From positions 15,252,001-15,316,000 of the forward strand of contig OX597835.1 in NCBI GenBank assembly GCA_951406725.2: a stretch of 64,000 nt of DNA, written 5' to 3'. This document shows, piece by piece, positions 1 to 12,445 of this stretch. Below the pieces are notes generated by a model. That model saw nothing but the letters and a program-made list of their open reading frames with translations. It made no database searches and was not told where the DNA came from. The DNA comes from Octopus vulgaris (lineage: Eukaryota). A program made the translations under genes and the position numbers. Positions within the stretch are counted from its first letter, which is position 1. The number at the start of each line of letters is the position of its first letter.

Positions 1-239
1 TTCAAATAACGTTGGAACGGATTCAAACAATCGAAAAAAAACCTACGAACTTCTTCTTCAGCCAATCGAATATATTAGTTACTATGTTATAAATATTCGG
101 TCGTAAATAAATATGTAGACATTGCCAAATTTATCTTCATGCTCATCAACAGTCCTTCTCTAATGAAGCACAATACATTAATTCTCTTCTAATGAGAGAC
201 TGTTATACGCATGCGTCAATATATACTGGACTTATGAAA

Positions 240-420
240 AGGCGGCGAGCTGGCGGAAACGTTAGCACGCCGGGCGAAATGCGTAGCCGTATTTCGTCTG
301 TCGTTATGTACCGAGTTCAAATTCCGCCCAGGTCGACTTTGCCTTTCATCCTTTCGGGGTCGATGTAATCGACTTAATCCCTTTGTCTGTCCTTGTTTGT
401 CCTTTCTGTGTAAAGAAATA
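240..420 (+). mobile_element. SINE family B (tRNA-derived head, conserved central domain, ...AAAGAAATA tail), copy with internal deletions
   Basis: GGCGGCGAGCTGGCGGAAACGTTAGC head, B-box-like GAGTTCAAATTCC, GCCTTTCATCCTTTCGGGGTCGAT core; the same sequence recurs more than 20 times in the window. Confidence 0.85.
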
Positions 421-430
421 TATATACATA

Positions 431-835
431 GGCGCAGGAGTGGCTGTGTGGTAAGTAGCTTGCTAACCAACCACATGGTTCCGGGTTCAGTCCCACTGCG
501 TGGCATCTTGGGCAAGTGTCTTCTGCTATAGCCCCGGGCCGACCAATGCCTTGTGAGTGGATTTGGTAGACGGAAACTGAAAGAAGCCTGTCGTATATAT
601 GTATGTATATATATGTGTGTGTGTGGGGGGGTTGTGTGTCTGTGTTTGTCCCCCTAACATTGCTTGACAACCGATGCTGGTGTGTTTATGTCCCCGTTAC
701 TTAGCGGTTCGGCAAAAGAGACCGATAGAATAAGTACTGGGCTTACAAAAGAATAAGTCCCGGGGTCGAGTTGCTCGATTAAAGGCGGTGCTCCAGCATG
801 GCCGCAGTCAAATGACTGAAACAAGTAAAAGAGTA
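431..835 (+). mobile_element. SINE family A, full length (tRNA head, CORE-like CTTGGGCAAGT segment, internal TA/TG microsatellite, AAAAGAGT tail)
   Basis: A-box TGGCTGTGTGGT and B-box GGTTCAGTCCC; near-identical copies at 25154, 41480, 52513 and 60903. Confidence 0.9.
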
Positions 836-1069
836 TACTAGACTTGTTAGAAATACATCTCTCTTCGTGTAACATAAGCACAGGAAAGGAAATTACAATG
901 GATCAATGTTTCCAATATCATATTGAATTATACATATTTTGGGGCCTTTTTTTTTTTGTTTTATTTTTATGGTTTAGCAAGAAGCAGAAAAGTAGCGCCT
1001 GTGGCCATTTCCGGCCCTACAAGAGAGCTAGAGGAAAAGGGGGTGAAACCACGACTGTAACATTAGGTG

Positions 1070-1450
1070 CAGGCTTCTGCACAGTTTCCGTCATACCAGT
1101 TTTACTTAGTGTTACTCTTTTAATTTCCGCCAATCAAATCCACTCACAAAGCCTTTGCCAGCTCAGCGCTGTAGTAGAAGACATTTGCCCAAGGTGCCAC
1201 GCAGCCGGATTGAACCTGAAACTATGGAATTGGGAAGTAAGCTTCTTACCACCAAGTCACTCCTACAACGATATACGACGGGATTCCACACAGTCTCCAT
1301 CAACTAAATCCACTCACAAAGTATTAGCCAACCCGAAACTATAGTGATTGAGGACAATTGCCCAAAGTGCCGCACAGTGAGGTTGAACCCGAAACCGCGT
1401 GGTTCCAAAACGAGGTTCTGAGCTTATTCTTAATCACACAACTACGTCCG
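1070..1450 (-). mobile_element. Two diverged 5' halves of SINE family A in tandem
   Basis: AAATCCACTCACAAAG...GACATTTGCCCAAGGTGCC...TGAACC occurs twice. Confidence 0.7.
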
Positions 1451-2020
1451 CGCTCAATGATTTCTTCTCTTCTTTTCTGTTTTGTTTTGCATTTTTCAGG
1501 ACAAACAAAAATAATTACGGTTTAGTCAGAGTTTATTTTTGCTTCTCGCTGATTTTAAATCAATCGAGAACCCATCCCATTACCAACCCCCGCTTTCAAT
1601 TCTTCCCGATAGCTTTTTGTAAATACTCTCTACTCTCTCTCTCTATCTAACTATCTATCTCTAGCTCTCCCTCTCTCTATCTCTCTCTCTCTCTATGTTT
1701 TATATGTTCCTACAGTTTAAAATTGTTAGTCATAAATGACTTTTCCACCTCTAGTGTCGTCCAAACACTATCATAATTATATACTTGGTTGCATCAGCAT
1801 AAACCAACAAAATGTATTAGACATGTTTAGAGACTAAATTTCATTTAGACGTCATCCATTTGCAAACCAGTAGTTAAGCTAGCGTTAACATATTTAATGC
1901 AGTAACAGCAACCAAAGCTAACATTTGCTATACTAAATCAAGCCTTGATAGTATTCACTTTATTGCTTAAGTTGAATTCTGCTATCTAGTAATATTGTAG
2001 CTTTTATGTGTTGCCAGAGT

Positions 2021-2147
2021 AGGCGCATGCGCGGCTGCGTCATTAAGAAGCTGACATCCGATCCATACGGTCTATGGTTCAGTTCCACTGCGCGGCATTT
2101 TGGATAAGGGACAAGTTTCTTCTGCTATAGCCCCGGGCTGACCAAGG
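2021..2147 (+). mobile_element. Diverged SINE A 5' fragment
   Basis: GGTTCAGTTCCACTGCGCGGC...CTGCTATAGCCCCGGGCTGACCAAGG. Confidence 0.65.
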
Positions 2148-2496
2148 TGTGTGTTTGATTGTGTGTGTGTATGAGTGTGTGTATGTGTGTGTATGATTGT
2201 GTGTGTGTGTGTATGAGTGCGTGTGTGTGTGTATGAGTGTGTGTGTGTGTGTATGTGTGTGTATGAGTGTGTGTGTGTGTGTGTGTATGTGTGTGTGTGT
2301 GTGTGTATGAGTGTGTGTATGAGTGTGTGTATGTGTGTGAATGTGTGTGTGTGTATGAGTGTGTGTATGTGTGTGTATGTGTGTGTATGAGTGTGTGTAT
2401 GAGTGTGTGCATGTGTGTGTATGAATGTGTGTATGTGTATGTATGATTGTGTGTGTATGAGTGTGTATGAGTGTGTGTGTGTGTATGAGTGTGTGT

Positions 2497-2527
<31 letters not shown>

Positions 2528-2637
2528 ATTGTGTGTGTGTATGAGTGTGTATGAATGTGTGTATGTGTATGTGTATGTGTGTGTGTGTGTGTATGAGTGT
2601 GTATGAGTGTGTATGAGTGTGTGTTGTGTATGAGTGT

Positions 2638-2686
<49 letters not shown>
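2147..2686. repeat. Compound (TG)n / TGTGTATGAG microsatellite
   Basis: Directly visible. Confidence 0.95.
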
Positions 2687-2688
<2 letters not shown>

Positions 2689-2848
2689 ACGAGCTTCCCC
2701 CAGTTTTCGTCTTCTAAATCCGATCACAAGGTTTTGGTCGATCACGGCGGGCTACAGTAGAAGACACTCACCCAAGATGCCGCGCAGCGGGGCTGAACCG
2801 AAGATCACACGGTTAGGAAGCAAGTTTCTTGATCGCACAGCCACGCCT
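2687..2848 (-). mobile_element. Diverged SINE A 5' half
   Basis: AGAAGACACTCACCCAAGATGCCGCGCAGCGGGGCTGAACC...CACAGCCACGCC. Confidence 0.7.
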
Positions 2849-3133
2849 TTGGGAGTTTTGTTTTTGTTTTTTGTTCTTTTTTTTTTGTTATCTTTTCCTC
2901 TTCGCTTCCAAATCGTAATTTTAGCTCGTCATTTGTCCCTTTCATTAAAAACCTGATACTTTCCAACGGCAAATATTTATTTCTCTCCATAATTTCCATC
3001 CAGACGATATATCACTCCAAATTGTGTCGATACACATTTTTGCAGACGATACCCCGCTCTTTTTTGTATCGAATCACCCATCCACATAAAACTACAAACA
3101 TTTTCTCTCGTCCATTAGCTTCCACTCTCATAC

Positions 3134-3172
<39 letters not shown>

Positions 3173-3173
3173 C

Positions 3174-3224
<51 letters not shown>

Positions 3225-3233
3225 AATAATGAA

Positions 3234-3296
<63 letters not shown>

Positions 3297-3341
3297 AATA
3301 ATAATAATAATAATAATAACAACAATAATAATAATAATGAA

Positions 3342-3376
<35 letters not shown>

Positions 3377-3386
3377 CAACAACAAC

Positions 3387-3427
<41 letters not shown>

Positions 3428-3581
3428 AAATAATAATAATAATAATAATGATGATGATGATGATGATGACGACGATGATGATGACGATGACGACGACGAC
3501 GATGATTATGATGATGATGATGATGATTATGATGATGATGATGATTATGATGATGATGATGACGATAACGACGACAACGGC

Positions 3582-3626
<45 letters not shown>
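3134..3626. repeat. Compound trinucleotide microsatellite (ATA)n/(ACA)n/(ATG)n
   Basis: Directly visible. Confidence 0.95.
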
Positions 3627-4074
3627 AAAACAAAGAAGCTAAAGTTACAATAATGACAAGTTCTTTTTACCATTATCCACGTGAACATTTTTGGAGGCAG
3701 AATCGCCGTAAGACCATCACAACCCACAAATATTTCCAAGTATTCATAACCATTATTATCACAACGTCGGTTATTATCAAAACTACATGTCTTAATCCAT
3801 CCACATTGCTAGAACTATCAAAAGCAGGAGGATATTTTCAAATACTACCGCACAAACTATCCGTTCTCGCAGTCACTAAAAGACAACGTCTGAAATTCCA
3901 GTGGTTTGGGTTACCTTTATAGTCATTCCGGTGTTAATGCTTACACGACCAATAAAAGCTGCTGCCAACGTCCATGCAACACTGCCATTTTGTTTCTTTT
4001 TCTTTTTTTGCCGCAACAACCATCTGCATCAATTATACTTACGAAAGCATTATATATAATTAGAATATATGCAT

Positions 4075-4471
4075 AGTCTATGTACATATGTATATATACA
4101 TACATGCGTACATACATATATACATACATTACTTACATATACACACATACATATATATGTGTGTTATGTATAACTACAATATAAATGTGTGAGTATATAT
4201 GTGTTTGTGAGTGTATATATGCATACACACACACACACACACTTACAAATATATATATATATATATATATATATGTCTGTGTGTATATATATATATGTGT
4301 ATATATATATATACATGTATGTGTATGTATATATGTATATACACATATATATGTACATATGTGTGTATATATATGTATATATAAGTGTGTAAATAATATA
4401 TATGCATATATACATATATATATATATGTACATACTTATACAGGTACATACATGTACATACATATACATGT

Positions 4472-4517
<46 letters not shown>

Positions 4518-5041
4518 GTATGTATATGTATATTTTAGTTACATATATACATATATACGTGTATGTGTGCGTGCATGCGCGCGTGTGTGTAAACACTTAA
4601 TAATTTGTATGTATCAGCTGCATATGAACCTTCACCGGCTTGATTTTTACATAAATTATGTTTCCCGGGGAAATAGTGGAAAACGTATGCATTCAAAGAA
4701 TATTATCTTCTAATTTCATACAACCTAGCGTTATTTAAAATAATAAGAAAGAACTTTTACTCTAATTCCTTCAGGGGAAAAAATCCTAAAAACTAAACTT
4801 TAGTTATCCTCTTTCCACAACATTGTAATTGCGCATGACAAGAACTGACCATATCGAGAATGCTGGTTGATGCCTGAGATTATGAGCTACGTCTCTCAAT
4901 TCGTAGCATTTCCCACTTGTTATCATGCGATTCATCAGGTGAAACATTGAAGTAGCGGATTACTCCCATCGGGCTTTATGTTTCTAGGATATGATTTATT
5001 CTCCATTGAATTCCTTGTTTGTGTTGATAAAAATGTGATGA

Positions 5042-5088
<47 letters not shown>

Positions 5089-5210
5089 TGTATATGCATT
5101 CATGTGTGTATGTGTGTGCTTATGTGTAAAGATATATCCCTGTGTGCAAATAAACATATAAAGATAATTTTATATGCATATATGCTTGCAAATATGCATA
5201 TTTTGTGTAA

Positions 5211-5263
<53 letters not shown>

Positions 5264-5392
5264 CGTGTGTGTATGTGTGTGTGTATATATGTGTGTGTGT
5301 GTGTGTGTGTGTGCGTGCGTTATTGTGTGTGTGTGTATATGTGTGTGTGTGCGTGCATGTTTGTGTGTGTGTGTATGTGTGTGTGTGTGTGT

Positions 5393-5425
<33 letters not shown>
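4075..5425. repeat. Cluster of (TA)n, (CA)n and (TG)n microsatellites
   Basis: Directly visible at 4075-4590, 5043-5085 and 5210-5425. Confidence 0.9.
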
Positions 5426-5426
<1 letters not shown>

Positions 5427-6054
5427 TGATAAAAGGGTTCAGAATTTCCAATAAGTGTATAATGCATTTGTAATCAACAACTTTTACGCGAAACCTGTTA
5501 AATTCTTGGGAAAATAGAATAATGTATGTTACCATTCCGTTATCCGTGCTTCTGTATAAAATAATGAAGTTACAACTTTTCTTTCAAAACGAAAACAAAG
5601 TTGTTTCCTTTGTATACCGGAGGCTGTTACACAGAAAACATCGTCAAATGTCTTAAAAGATTCAACTCACCAACTACGCCGGCAGATATAAACGTTATTG
5701 CTACGAATGTCTAACATAGTAACATCTCTCTTATTGATTCAACGAATAAACTAGAAATTAACCCGTTCCAGAAAAGAAAGAAAGAAAAAAAACATGTCTC
5801 TCTTGCTTGTGTCGTATTACTTACTTGCTCAAAATACTAGATCTGTTACATTATCGAACTTATTCTTTTCTTGTTTGGTTATTATTGGTTTACTAGTTTT
5901 CTATTAATCTCCAATATTTTATTAATCTAGCTTGTATTAATCTGCGATGCTATATTAATATAGTTTGTATTATCTTTTAATCATGTCAAATATTATCTAC
6001 AAATCTGGCCATGAATTCTCTAATAACCCTGGCCGCATATTATCTTCAAACTTA

Positions 6055-6418
6055 GCCATCTACGTTCGTTACTAAGTTTCCAGTGCTATGGATGCAAGAA
6101 TTACAAGTTTCCATTCCTTTAATTTTGAATTTGAAGAACCTTTGTATCTCTGAGAGAAATCAATACAATTATACACCTACGTACGTGCGTATGTATGTAT
6201 GTATGTATGTATGTATGTATGTATGTATGTATGTATGTATGCATGTATGTATGTATGTACGTATGTATGTATGTATGTATGTATGTATGTATGCATGCAT
6301 GCATGCATGCATGCATGCATGTATGTATGTATGTATGTATGCATGCATGCGTCTATGTATGTAGGTAGATATGTATGTATGTGTGCGTGTATTATGTAGA
6401 TGGGTATGTATATACATA

Positions 6419-6454
<36 letters not shown>

Positions 6455-6531
6455 TGTATGTATGTATGTATGCATGTGTGTATGTGATTGTATGTATGTA
6501 TATATGTATGCATGTGTGCGTGCGTGTGTAG

Positions 6532-6535
<4 letters not shown>
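6055..6535 (+). repeat. Local dispersed duplication, copy 1 (129 bp identical to 10039-10167, followed by a homologous (GTAT)n tract)
   Basis: GCCATCTACGTTCGTTACTAAG...ATACACCTACGTA is identical at both sites. Confidence 0.9.
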
Positions 6536-6598
<63 letters not shown>

Positions 6599-6711
6599 TA
6601 TATATATGTATGTATGTATATATGTATGTATTATCTGCAAGCTGTTTATTACCTGCAAGCCTAGCCGGGTGTTATCTTCTGGTCTGGCCATTGTTATACC
6701 GGTAGCTGAAA

Positions 6712-7035
6712 AGTGTGTGTGACCTGCTAGTTGTAATCTTCGATCTGTAATGATTTCGGCAAGAGGTCATGTGTTGGATCTCTTTAGAATGCCTTCACTT
6801 GTCATGTGATCTTGCCTGTACGTTCTCAGAATCTTCCTCGAACATTTTTGAAGGAATACATTAAGCTTTCTGTCGATTTTTCACCATGCTCCTCCATGTC
6901 TCACTGGCATAGAGAACAGTCAGTAGAATCATGCTATTACAGAGCCATATTTTTGTGTGTAGGTCAACGGCATTGGCGGATCAGAGAGTGCACATTCTCT
7001 GAAATACGGCTGCAGTTCTACCAATTCCACTATCA
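6712..7035 (-). pseudogene. Decayed RTE-clade LINE fragment (C-terminal part of the reverse transcriptase)
   Basis: Manual translation: GIGRTAAVFQRMCTL*SANAVDLHTKIWLCNSMILLTVLYASETW..(frameshift)..RKLNVFLQKCSRKILRTYRQDHMTSEGILKR..IITDRRLQLAGHTL. This matches the RTE LLYxxETW / CLRxIL / RRLxxxGH pattern and carries stops and a frameshift. Confidence 0.85.
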
Positions 7036-7074
7036 ACTGGCCGTACACTAAGTTGTTATTGAAAGGTTACACTT

Positions 7075-7371
7075 ATCCCCCACTTAAGCGTGGATATTCT
7101 ATTCGAACAAACTATACTGCGGTAGAGAGCATAAAAGAAACTCTCATATTGGCTTTTGTGCAAAATGCACTCTTGTTTAAATCACTAGAGGGGAGATAAT
7201 GAATCCCTGCCATCTTCACCAGATCAAGTGATTTCGACATCCCTTGGTCTCGTCAATGATAGACACTCTGCTGCTAGAGATAGCATGGGCTCATCTCCCC
7301 GCCAGCGATATATAGAAAAAACAGTGCCCGAACAGACGCTGATGTCGCGATTAGCCTGTGAGCTTGTTTAA

Positions 7372-7428
<57 letters not shown>

Positions 7429-7610
7429 CAACAGAAGGTCGAAATCAAGTGATCTCTGTGCTAGAGATGGCAGGGATTTGTCATCTTCCCTCTAGCGATA
7501 TAAACAAGAGTGCATTTTGCACCAAAATCCAATATGAGAATTTCTCTCGCGGTATCTTCCGCAGTATAGCTTGTTCTAAAAGAACAACCATCTTTAAGTG
7601 GGGATTGATA
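7075..7610. repeat. Imperfect inverted repeat (arms about 7075-7240 and 7436-7610) around a (TA)n tract
   Basis: GCAAAATGCACTCTTGTTTA vs TAAACAAGAGTGCATTTTGC; ATCCCTGCCATCT vs AGATGGCAGGGAT. Confidence 0.8.
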
Positions 7611-7898
7611 TTACCTCTCGGTATTAAGACTGCCCTGTCGCTAATATATAATCTGTTATTATCCACTAGCCTGCATTACATTTATCTCTTTGCCTGGCGA
7701 TGTATTATATATTCTTTTTCTTTTTTATTCTTTTACTTCTTTCAGTCATTTGACTGCGGCCATGTTAGAGCACCGCCTTAAGCTGTTCAGAAATAATATA
7801 CTAGTGTTAGCTCCTATCATCTTCCAGCCTGGCCATCTATTATCAACTTCCTTATCCAGAACAACTGGGTTGTATTTTATTCAATAAAACAATTTTAA

Positions 7899-8341
7899 CC
7901 CTTTAGCGTTCACATTACTCTGTCAAATGTAACGCTTATTTATTCACGTTGCTTTGAATTAATCATGCCTCATCTCATAGCTTCAAGATTTCGATGATGT
8001 GATTGTCTATTTTTAGATTGACATTATAGGGTAGGTGTGAGGGACCGGATCTTAATGGCTGAACTTAAAACAGGTAGAATTAGTGGAACAGATATGGCTG
8101 GTTTACAAGCTAAACGCTTAAACGTTTAGCATTGAGACCACTCTGTCAAATGGAACACTTGTTAATTCACGTTCAATTGAATGAATCACGCATTCTCTTG
8201 TAGCTTCGATACCTCGGTGCTGTGATTGCTTATTGTCAGAACGGCATTGTAGGGCAGGTATGAGAGACCGGATCTGGCCAGTTTGAACATAAAACAGGTG
8301 GAACACTTCGGCTGGTTACGGCCGGTTTGAAAGTTAAAGAG
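7899..8341 (+). mobile_element. Two diverged ~220-bp piggyBac-type MITEs in tandem (7899-8117, 8122-8341)
   Basis: TTAA at 7895, 8118 and 8342; termini CCCTTTAGC...GCTAAACGC and ACGTTTAGC...GTTAAAGAG; internal homology (ACTCTGTCAAATG, GACCGGATCT, AAAACAGGT). Confidence 0.75.
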
Positions 8342-8865
8342 TTAATATAAATCGCCATTTTGTGCTTTTATTAAATGAACGCCTTTGGCGAAGAAATGAC
8401 TAGTTAAACCATCTACTACACCGCTCTTATTTAATAAAATATTTACTGTTGTAAAAGCGGATCTATATTAATATTGAATTAGTCAATGTAATAATTTAAT
8501 TTTAATATATCTACTTCTTTTCTATTTTAGACAAAGCGATGCGCCTATAGCAAGGAAATAAATATTTAAAATTTTGTATTATTGATATCTCAAAAAGAAG
8601 GTTGGCAATATCAATATATATGAGATTATTATATGAAAGGAAGTCAAATTATTATCCGCACTTTCGCCATAACATATCTTCATTATTGTCACACAGCCTA
8701 CTGCGCATGCGTGCTCATAGTTGGTACTATTGTGGTCACGTGATCTAAATTTGAGCTTGATCACGCTATTTTTGTTTCTGGTTTTACTGTGTAAGCCTGG
8801 CCGCTCCACCAGCAATGGCGCACTAAAGAAGAATAAAGAGCGGTGGTCCGAGAGATGGTGGAGTG

Positions 8866-9247
8866 GAAGCACTCCGTCGGTTACGACGATGAGGGTTCCG
8901 GTTGATACGAATCAACGGAACAGCCTGCTCGTGAAATTAACGTGTAAGTGGCTGAGCACTCCACAGACACGTGTACCCTTAACGTAGTTCTCGGGGATAT
9001 TCAGCGTGACACAGAGAATGACAAGGCCAGCCCCTTGAAATACAGGTACAACAGAAACAGGAAGTAAGAGTGAGAGCAAATTGTGGTTAAAGAGTACAGC
9101 AGGGATCACCACCATCCCCTGCCAGAGCCTCGTGGATCTTTAGGTGTTTTCGCTCAATAAACACTCACAACGCCCGGTCTGGGAATCGAAACCGCGATCC
9201 TATGACCGCGAGTCCGCTGCCCTAACCACTGGGCCATTGCGCCTCCA
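8866..9247 (-). mobile_element. SINE family C, full length
   Basis: Reverse complement of the copies at 53600 and 62513; tRNA head GGAGGCGCAATGGCCCAGTGGTTAGGGC...GGTTTCGATTCC. Confidence 0.9.
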
Positions 9248-9540
9248 CCGGTTCACCATTACCATCTCTTGAGCTTACTGAATCTTCTTGTCAGTGGTGG
9301 AGGCTGATGAGCATCCTTCTCCCTCTTCATGCATCATGCTTGTTCGGTTACTATTAAACTATTTGATCCGCACATACACACTGTCCCCACATTGTGCTAA
9401 AAAAACTCTGATGAATTTCAGCACCTGACACACCTTCCGACCACAGAAGTCAGATCACTACTCTTTGTCCTTCTTTGGTGGACATTGCTAGTAAAGTCAG
9501 AAAGAAAAATAGCCCGATCAGGCTCAAACTTCCATTCTTA

Positions 9541-9915
9541 AGGCGGTGAGCTGGCAGAATCGTTATCACGCCGGATAAACTGCTTAGCGGCATTTCAACC
9601 GTCATTACGTTCTAAGTTCAAATTCTGCCGAGGTCGACTTTACACTTCATCCTTTCGGGGTCGATAAATCAAGTACCAGTTGAGTATTGGGGTCGATGTA
9701 ATCGACTAATCTCCTCCCCCAAAATTTTAAGCCTTGTCCCTTTAGTAGAAAGAATTGTTTCCATTCTCTTCTGGGTTCAAATCCTGCCAAGATCACCTTT
9801 ACCTTGTATCCTTCCGGAATTGGTAAAATAAAGTACCAGTCATGTACTGGGATCGGTGGTATCGACTTAAGCCCCTTGTAGGACCAGAATATCTGGCCTT
9901 GTGTCCAAATTAAAA
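9541..9915 (+). mobile_element. SINE family B older variant plus a second partial copy
   Basis: GGCGGTGAGCTGGCAGAATCGTTA...GTTCAAATTCTGCCGAGGTCGACTTT. Confidence 0.8.
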
Positions 9916-10038
9916 TCAACCTTTACAAATATTAACAATTACTATAGTTAAATTTTGCACTTTTGAATCGATTTGGGGAAAAAACAAGTAAAATATTTCT
10001 AAAATTAAAGATGAAGATTGTAAAGAATTGTTTTCGCT

Positions 10039-10500
10039 GCCATCTACGTTCGTTACTAAGTTTCCAGTGCTATGGATGCAAGAATTACAAGTTTCCATTC
10101 CTTTAATTTTGAATTTGAAGAACCTTTGTATCTCTGAGAGAAATCAATACAATTATACACCTACGTAAGTGCGTATGTATGCATGTATGTATGTATGTAT
10201 GTGTGTATGTATGTATGTATGTATGTATGTATGTATGTATGTATGTATGTGTACGTATGTATGTATGTATGCATGTATGCATGCATGCATGTATGTGTGT
10301 GTGTATGTTATATATGTATATATGCATGCATATGTGTATGTATGTAGGTAGATAGGTATGTATGTATGTATGTATGTATGTATGTATGTATATGTGTGTG
10401 TATTTATGTAGATAGGTATGCATATATATATGTATGTATGCATGTGTGTATGTGATTGTATGTATATATGTATGCATGTGTGCGTGTGTGTGTAGGTAGG
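10039..10500 (+). repeat. Local dispersed duplication, copy 2
   Basis: Identical 129-bp block to 6055-6183 and colinear microsatellite variants (ATGTGATTGTATG...). Confidence 0.9.
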
Positions 10501-10537
10501 TGGGTAGGTAGGTAGGTAGGTAGGTAGGTAGGTAGGT

Positions 10538-10587
<50 letters not shown>

Positions 10588-10637
10588 GTATGTATATAGG
10601 TATGTATGCAGGTAGGTAGGTGTGTGTGTATGCATCA

Positions 10638-10687
<50 letters not shown>

Positions 10688-10988
10688 TAATGTAATTTGT
10701 ATTCAATAATATATATATTTATGTGTTATTAAATAAGAGAATTGAAAATATTTATACAGTCGAAATGTTGTGTAGATAACGCTAAATACCCAATTGGCAG
10801 CGAAGCGTAGATGTACTCGATTCACACTTTGCTTTGCTGCATTCAAACACTGGCTTATTACGTTATTGTTAACTTTACTGTTTCATTTCATATAATTAGC
10901 TTACGTAACTTAGATACATACGTCCTACATACTTACAACTAATGTTGTATATATATCATAAGATATATCTTTCTCAAATTAAAAACAA

Positions 10989-11026
<38 letters not shown>

Positions 11027-12019
11027 TGGTACGCGCTGCTTGATTGCATTCGTAAAATATGTTGGTTTTGTTTGACTGTTTTCAATTTTATTTTTATTTA
11101 ATCTTTTTTTATTTTATTTTACTTTAATCTCCAAAGCTAAAGCAACCTATGTAATAATATAAACGGTTTAAACATCTTTTCTTTCATGTTTTGTGTCTAA
11201 TTTCGCTTGATGTTAGGTTATATTTTGAAGTCAGGTGACATGAAGAGGAGGGAGAAGAGGAAGGATGGATGGAGAATAAAGAAATGCACTGATGTAGCAA
11301 CATTCATTTCGTTCTGATAGCTTTGTTTGGTTTGGTTTGGTTTGGTTTGGTTTGGTTTGGTTTGGTTTGGTTTTTAGAAGTGCGAAGCAAATCGTCGACG
11401 AAATATATGATGGATGAACGGTAATGGTGGTGACTTATCATCTAAAAATAACAATCATTGTTTTGGTTCCTTCAATACAAACTCTTTGATTGTCAAAACA
11501 TGAACAAGTCTATAGTAATTACGTTAATGGGAAAGCGACAGAAAGATGAATGGCGGCAGACGCTGAAGTGAAGGAAGAGATACGTTCGTGTGTAAAATTA
11601 AAAATGAAGTACAAGACGGAATCAGCGTTAACTTCCAAATAAACTATCAAACCAATCCAATTCTGTATGTATTCTACAGAACTCCCCATCTCTCTTTCTT
11701 TCTTTCTCTCTTTCTTTCTCTCTTCCAAAACCGACAACACATAGAAAAGCATTTCTATTTGACACCACTACCGTCACCGCCGATTTGCTATCCTTTTAAA
11801 ACAATTTATTACGATTAAGCCTTCCTTTCACATTTTGGTATCATTTGTTATGTATTTCATTTGGTTGTCAAGTCTGTGCATCCGCTTGCGCAATAACCAT
11901 GCAGTCTAAAGCTAAAATTACGATGTTTCTCTGATAAATAGTATATACATTACTTTGATGTGACTGCTAACGTGTTTTCTCAAGATCTGAAGTCATTTCT
12001 TTGGCATCATTCTAGACGC

Positions 12020-12420
12020 TTTTTCCAGTTGTATCGTAATACCAGGATTAAAGTGTTTTGCGTATTTACTTTTACACATTCACTTGTGAAGTTGCAGACT
12101 CTTAACATTCTGAGTTCAAGTTTCGCTATCAACTTTGGTTTTCGTCCTTTTGGGGCAATAAAATCAATTATCAGTCAAATACTGGGACCGCTGTACTAGG
12201 ATCGACTCACTCCTATTGCTGACGCTGCCCCAGCAATTTTCAGAGGATGGGTTAGTAGAATTACAAGAGGGTGGGTCGGCAAATTGACAGAATCATGAGA
12301 GCGTTGGATAGAATGCTAACTCGCAGTATTTTTTTCTGAATTTCTTTGTTCTGAGTTCAAACCCCGCCTATGTAAATTTTTGCGCATCACCCTTCCGAGA
12401 TTGATAAAAAAGAAGCACCG
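12020..12420 (+). mobile_element. Two highly diverged SINE B copies
   Basis: TTCTGAGTTCAA B-box remnants; CCTTTGGGGC and CCTTCCGAGATTGATAAAA core remnants. Confidence 0.55.
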
Positions 12421-12445
12421 TTCAAAGGCGGTGTTTTGACGGAAC

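Noticed and set aside
3653-4025. Unique segment with several 45-90 codon open frames on both strands and possible splice sites
   Set aside because: No recognisable motif, several frames are equally plausible, and no phase-linked partner exon was found.
9300-9430. Two CTGATGA motifs (also 26326, 29483)
   Set aside because: No correctly placed stem II and GAAA; no convincing C/D snoRNA terminal stem.
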